Source: Xanthomonas massiliensis (GTDB lineage Bacteria > Pseudomonadota > Gammaproteobacteria > Xanthomonadales > Xanthomonadaceae). From it: a stretch of DNA of 24,000 bases. Below the pieces are notes generated by a model. It did no database searches. It worked only from the letters and a program-made list of their open reading frames with translations, and had not been told where the DNA came from. Positions 20,973 through 24,000 of the stretch are shown here, piece after piece (position 1 is the stretch's first letter; each line of letters opens with the position of its first letter). The position numbers and the translations under genes are program-made. The stretch spans positions 706,632-730,631 of the forward strand of contig NZ_FCOY01000007.1 in NCBI RefSeq assembly GCF_900018785.1, read 5' to 3'.

Positions 20973-21010
20973 AAAGGCCGGGCCGGGCCGGATCGGCCAG
21001 GCCACCGGCC
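20973..21010 (-). terminator. Candidate intrinsic terminator immediately after the thiL stop
   Basis: The minus strand reads GGCCGGTGGCCTGGCCGATCCGGCCCGGCCCGGCC followed by TTTCG. GGCC/GGCC and GGCCG/CGGCC segments can form an interrupted GC stem that ends at the short T run. Confidence 0.35.
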
Positions 21011-21988
21011 TCAGGCGAAATGCTCGAAGCCGCGCCCGGGCACCGGCCAGGGCCGGCCCTGGGCATCGACCACCTCCACGCCCTCGCCTTCGACGACGCG
21101 GCCGATGCGACTGGCCTGCACGCCGGCGGCGCGCGCGGCCGCCGCCACCGCATCGCGGCACCCGGCCGCGGCGGTGAAGCACAGCTCGTAGTCGTCGCCG
21201 CCGAGCAATTGCCAGCGCGCCCGCGCGGCCGCCTCCGGATACAGCCGCGCCAAGGCCGGCGAAGCCGGCAGGTCGTCCAGGTGCAGGCACGCGCCGGTAC
21301 CGCTGCGCGCGCAGACATGGCCCAGGTCGGGCAGCAAACCGTCGGACAGGTCCACGCAGGCATGGGCCACGCCGCGCAGGGCCAGGCCCATGGCCACGCG
21401 CGGCTCGGGGCGGGCCATGCGCCGGCGCAGGAACCCTTCGTCGCCGCGGTCGTCCTCGCGGGTGACGTCCAGGCGGCCGTCGCGCCACAGCCCCAGCGCG
21501 CCGCCGGCATCGCCGGGCGTGCCGGTGACCCAGATGTCATCGCCGGCCACCGCGGCGTCGCGGCGCAGCGCCTGGCCGGCCGGCACGCTGCCGATGGCGG
21601 TGACGGCGATGGACAACGGCCCGCGGGTGATGTCGCCGCCGACCAGCGCCACCTGGTGCTGCGCCGCCAGGGCCAGGAACCCGTCCAGGAAAGCGTCGAC
21701 GAAATCCTCGTCCGCCGCCGGCAGCGACAACGACAGCGTGCACCACAACGGTCGCGCGCCCATCGCCGCCAGGTCGGACAGGTTCACCGCCAGCGACTTC
21801 CAGCCGATCCCGGCCGGCACCGCCTCATGCGGGAAGTGCACGCCGTCGTTGAGGGTGTCGGCGGTGACCGCCAGCTGCTCGCCGGGCGGCGGCTGCAGCA
21901 GGGCGGCATCGTCGCCGATGCCCAGCGCCACGTCCGCGCGCGTGGTGGCACGGGCGCGGATGCGGGCGATCAGGTCGAACTCTGCCAT
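21011..21988 (-). CDS. thiL: Thiamine-monophosphate kinase ThiL, 325 aa
   Basis: ORF 21011..22030 trimmed to ATG 21988. It reads MAEFDLIARIRARATTRADVALGIGDDAALL...VTADTLNDGVHF...GGDITRGP...DLSDGL...GGDDYEL. Confidence 0.92.
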   Translation of the reverse strand: MAEFDLIARIRARATTRADVALGIGDDAALLQPPPGEQLAVTADTLNDGVHFPHEAVPAGIGWKSLAVNLSDLAAMGARPLWCTLSLSLPAADEDFVDAFLDGFLALAAQHQVALVGGDITRGPLSIAVTAIGSVPAGQALRRDAAVAGDDIWVTGTPGDAGGALGLWRDGRLDVTREDDRGDEGFLRRRMARPEPRVAMGLALRGVAHACVDLSDGLLPDLGHVCARSGTGACLHLDDLPASPALARLYPEAAARARWQLLGGDDYELCFTAAAGCRDAVAAAARAAGVQASRIGRVVEGEGVEVVDAQGRPWPVPGRGFEHFA

Positions 21989-22060
21989 GGCCGGCGCACG
22001 CGTGGGCCAGGAGCGGCGACGCGGCGGCACACGCCGCCCGGTACGCGCCGTCCCGCGTTC

Positions 22061-22546
22061 CTACTTGCCATGCTCCGTCCCCGGCCTGGCCGACTCGACC
22101 TTGCGCCATTCCAGCGCGGCCCGGTCGAGCACGCCGTTGACGTAGGTGTGGCCGTGCTCGGAGCCGAAGCGCTTGGCGGTCTCGATGGCCTCGTTGATCA
22201 CCACGCGGTACGGCACGTCGATGCGGTACAGCAGCTCGTAGGCAGCCACGCGCAGCACCGCGCGCTCGATCGCATCGACCTCCTCGACCGGACGATCGAC
22301 ATAGCCGACCAGGGCCTGGTCGATGTCGCCGCGATGGGACAGCACGCCGTTGACCAGGTCCTCGAAGTAGGCCAGGTCGGCGATCTCGTGGGCCTGCTCG
22401 TGGGCGAACTGGGCGACGACCTGCTGGGCGCTGCCGCCGGCGATCTGCCAGGCATAGATGGCCTGCAGCGCGCGCCGGCGCGCGCGCGAACGCAGCACCG
22501 GGTCGACGCCGTCGCGGCGCGGCTTGTGCGGACCGGTCTTGTTCAC
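22061..22546 (-). CDS. nusB: Transcription antitermination factor NusB, 161 aa
   Basis: This is the distal part of ORF 22061..23044. It reads (V)[34 protein letters not shown]...[49 protein letters not shown] 22546 overlaps the ribH stop (GTGA). Confidence 0.92.
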   Translation of the reverse strand: MNKTGPHKPRRDGVDPVLRSRARRRALQAIYAWQIAGGSAQQVVAQFAHEQAHEIADLAYFEDLVNGVLSHRGDIDQALVGYVDRPVEEVDAIERAVLRVAAYELLYRIDVPYRVVINEAIETAKRFGSEHGHTYVNGVLDRAALEWRKVESARPGTEHGK

Positions 22547-23010
22547 GGCAGTTGCTCCATCAGGTTGACCATCTCCAGCGCGGCCAGCGCGCATTCCTCG
22601 CCCTTGTTGCCGTGGCTGCCACCGGCGCGGTTCTCCGCGTCCTCGATGCGCTCCACCGCCAGCACGCCGTTGAGCACCGGCACGCCGGTGTCCAGCGCCA
22701 CCCGCGCCAGCCCTTCCGAGCAGCGGTCGGCGACGTGCTCGTAGTGGCGGGTATCGCCACGGATCACGCAGCCCAGGGCGATGATCGCGGCATGGCGGCC
22801 GGCCCGGGCCAGGCGCGCGGCGACCACCGGGATCTCCCACGCGCCGGGCAGGCGCACCACGTCGATGGCGTCCTCGCCGATGCCGTTGCCGGCCAGGCTC
22901 TGGCGGGCACCGGCGACCAGCGCATCGACGATGCGGGCGTTCCAGCGGCTGGCGACGATGACGAAGCGCGCCCCGTCGGGGGCGGCCAGGTCGCCTTCGT
23001 AATGGCTCAT
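22543..23010 (-). CDS. ribH: 6,7-dimethyl-8-ribityllumazine synthase RibH, 155 aa
   Basis: This is the distal part of ORF 22543..23580 from ATG 23010. It reads [32 protein letters not shown]...[10 protein letters not shown]...[17 protein letters not shown]...GVLAVE. Confidence 0.93.
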   Translation of the reverse strand: MSHYEGDLAAPDGARFVIVASRWNARIVDALVAGARQSLAGNGIGEDAIDVVRLPGAWEIPVVAARLARAGRHAAIIALGCVIRGDTRHYEHVADRCSEGLARVALDTGVPVLNGVLAVERIEDAENRAGGSHGNKGEECALAALEMVNLMEQLP

Positions 23011-23128
23011 GCGGCGGATGACTCGATAAGGTTTCGGCGTGCATTGTAACCGCGCCGGTTCAGGCCGATCCGGCCCGACGGGCGCGGCCAGGCCCGCACC
23101 GGCGCGGGCGCGATCCGGACGGGCCGGG

Positions 23129-24000
23129 TCATGCGCCGGGGCCGGGTGCGGCCAGCGCCGCCGGCTCGACGGTCTCCACCACCTCCAGGCCGTAACCGGC
23201 CAGGCCGACCTGGCGGCGCGGGGTGCCGAGCACACGCAGCTTGCCCAGGCCGAGGTCGGCCAGGATCTGCGCGCCGGCGCCGTTGCGGCGCCACTGGCCC
23301 ACGTCCTTGTCCTTGCCGGCCGGGCGCACTTCCGCGCGCGACTGCAGCCGCGCCAGCAGGGCCTCGGTGTCGCGCGGCGCGGACAGCACCACCAGCACGC
23401 CCTCACCGGCCTGCGCAATCGCGCGCAGCGCATCGCCGGTGGCCACGCCGAAATCCTCGCGCCGCCAGTGCAGCAGGTCGGCCAGCGGGTTCTCCACGTG
23501 CACCCGCACCAGCGCCGGGCGCGCGGCCGCCGGCGTGCCGCGTACCAGCGCGAAATGCAGGTCGTGGGCGATGCGGTCACGGTAGGTCACCAATTTGAAC
23601 GGACCGAAGTCGGTCTCGATCTCGCGCTCGTCCACGCGCTCGACGGTGTGCTCGGTGGCCAGGCGGTAGGCGATCAGGTCGGCGATCGAGCCGATCTTCA
23701 GCCCGTGCTCGCGCGCGAACGCCTCCAGCTGCGGGCGCCGCGCCATGGTGCCGTCCTCGTTGAGGATCTCCACCAGCACGCCGGCCGGTTCCAGCCCGGC
23801 CAGTTCGGCCAGGTCGGTGGCGGCCTCGGTGTGGCCGGCGCGGGTCAGCACGCCGCCGGGCTGGGCGATCAGCGGGAAGATGTGGCCGGGCCGGCTCAGG
23901 TCCGCGGGCTTGGCGTCCGGGCGCACCGCGGTGCGGATGGTGTGGGCGCGGTCGGCGGCGGAGATGCCGGTGGTCACGCCCTCGGCCGCCTCGATGCTGA
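23129..24000 (-). CDS. ribBA: Bifunctional-type RibBA (3,4-dihydroxy-2-butanone-4-phosphate synthase with a GTP cyclohydrolase II-like C-terminal domain); the 5' end lies beyond the right edge
   Basis: The frame of ORF 23129..23977 continues open to the window edge (..[41 protein letters not shown]..). The C-terminal half is RibA-like ([28 protein letters not shown]). I did not evaluate whether the cyclohydrolase domain is catalytically competent. Confidence 0.88.
   Translation of the reverse strand, partial: SIEAAEGVTTGISAADRAHTIRTAVRPDAKPADLSRPGHIFPLIAQPGGVLTRAGHTEAATDLAELAGLEPAGVLVEILNEDGTMARRPQLEAFAREHGLKIGSIADLIAYRLATEHTVERVDEREIETDFGPFKLVTYRDRIAHDLHFALVRGTPAAARPALVRVHVENPLADLLHWRREDFGVATGDALRAIAQAGEGVLVVLSAPRDTEALLARLQSRAEVRPAGKDKDVGQWRRNGAGAQILADLGLGKLRVLGTPRRQVGLAGYGLEVVETVEPAALAAPGPGA

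Noticed and set aside
20345-21010. The thiL reading frame stays open for ~220 codons past its TGA (ORF 20345..20920 lies in the same frame). It includes a hydrophobic stretch, FVAVAMAVVVVTG, which raised the possibility of stop-codon read-through or a small membrane protein.
   Set aside because: The ThiL C-terminus (..GRGFEHFA) ends where I recall the family ending. The downstream frame has poor GC3 and runs ~200 nt antisense into yraN. Long open frames are expected by chance at this GC content.
20429-22744. A 771-aa plus-strand ORF spans the yraN end, the spacer, and the antisense of thiL, nusB and ribH.
   Set aside because: It is an open frame opposite three well-supported genes. Within the spacer, its third-position GC (75% over 20701-20760) is well below that of real genes here.

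Overview
Very GC-rich core-chromosome DNA, by protein similarity from a gammaproteobacterium of the Xanthomonadales/Lysobacterales type. I found no mobile element, CRISPR array, tRNA, integrase or defence-type gene, and I do not see a novel multi-gene system. Bases 1-14662 (minus strand) carry a compact dcw cell-wall/division operon: mraZ-rsmH-ftsL-ftsI-murE-murF-mraY-ftsW-murG-murC-ftsQ-ftsA-ftsZ (ftsZ is cut by the left edge). Most junctions are 1-11 nt start/stop overlaps. murD and ddl are absent from their canonical E. coli positions. Upstream of mraZ lies an AT-richer control region with a sigma70-like promoter, four GTGG-like boxes phased at 10 bp (likely the MraZ operator), a 14-bp palindrome over the -35, and one perfect DnaA box. 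The rest of the window holds an NRDE/DUF833 gene (+), RNase P RNA rnpB (-), a Zn-dependent alcohol dehydrogenase (+), the rsmI <-> lpoA-yraN block, and ribBA-ribH-nusB-thiL on the minus strand (ribBA is cut by the right edge). The many long R/A/G/P-rich ORFs in the six-frame track that lie antisense to, or 5' of, these genes are high-GC artefacts. The points most worth a second look are small: the mraZ control region, a ~460-bp apparently non-coding convergent spacer between yraN and thiL that contains a perfect 15-bp-stem hairpin, the missing ddl, and a codon-atypical insertion in murE. All calls rest on reading the sequence and recalled family knowledge. No database search was run.
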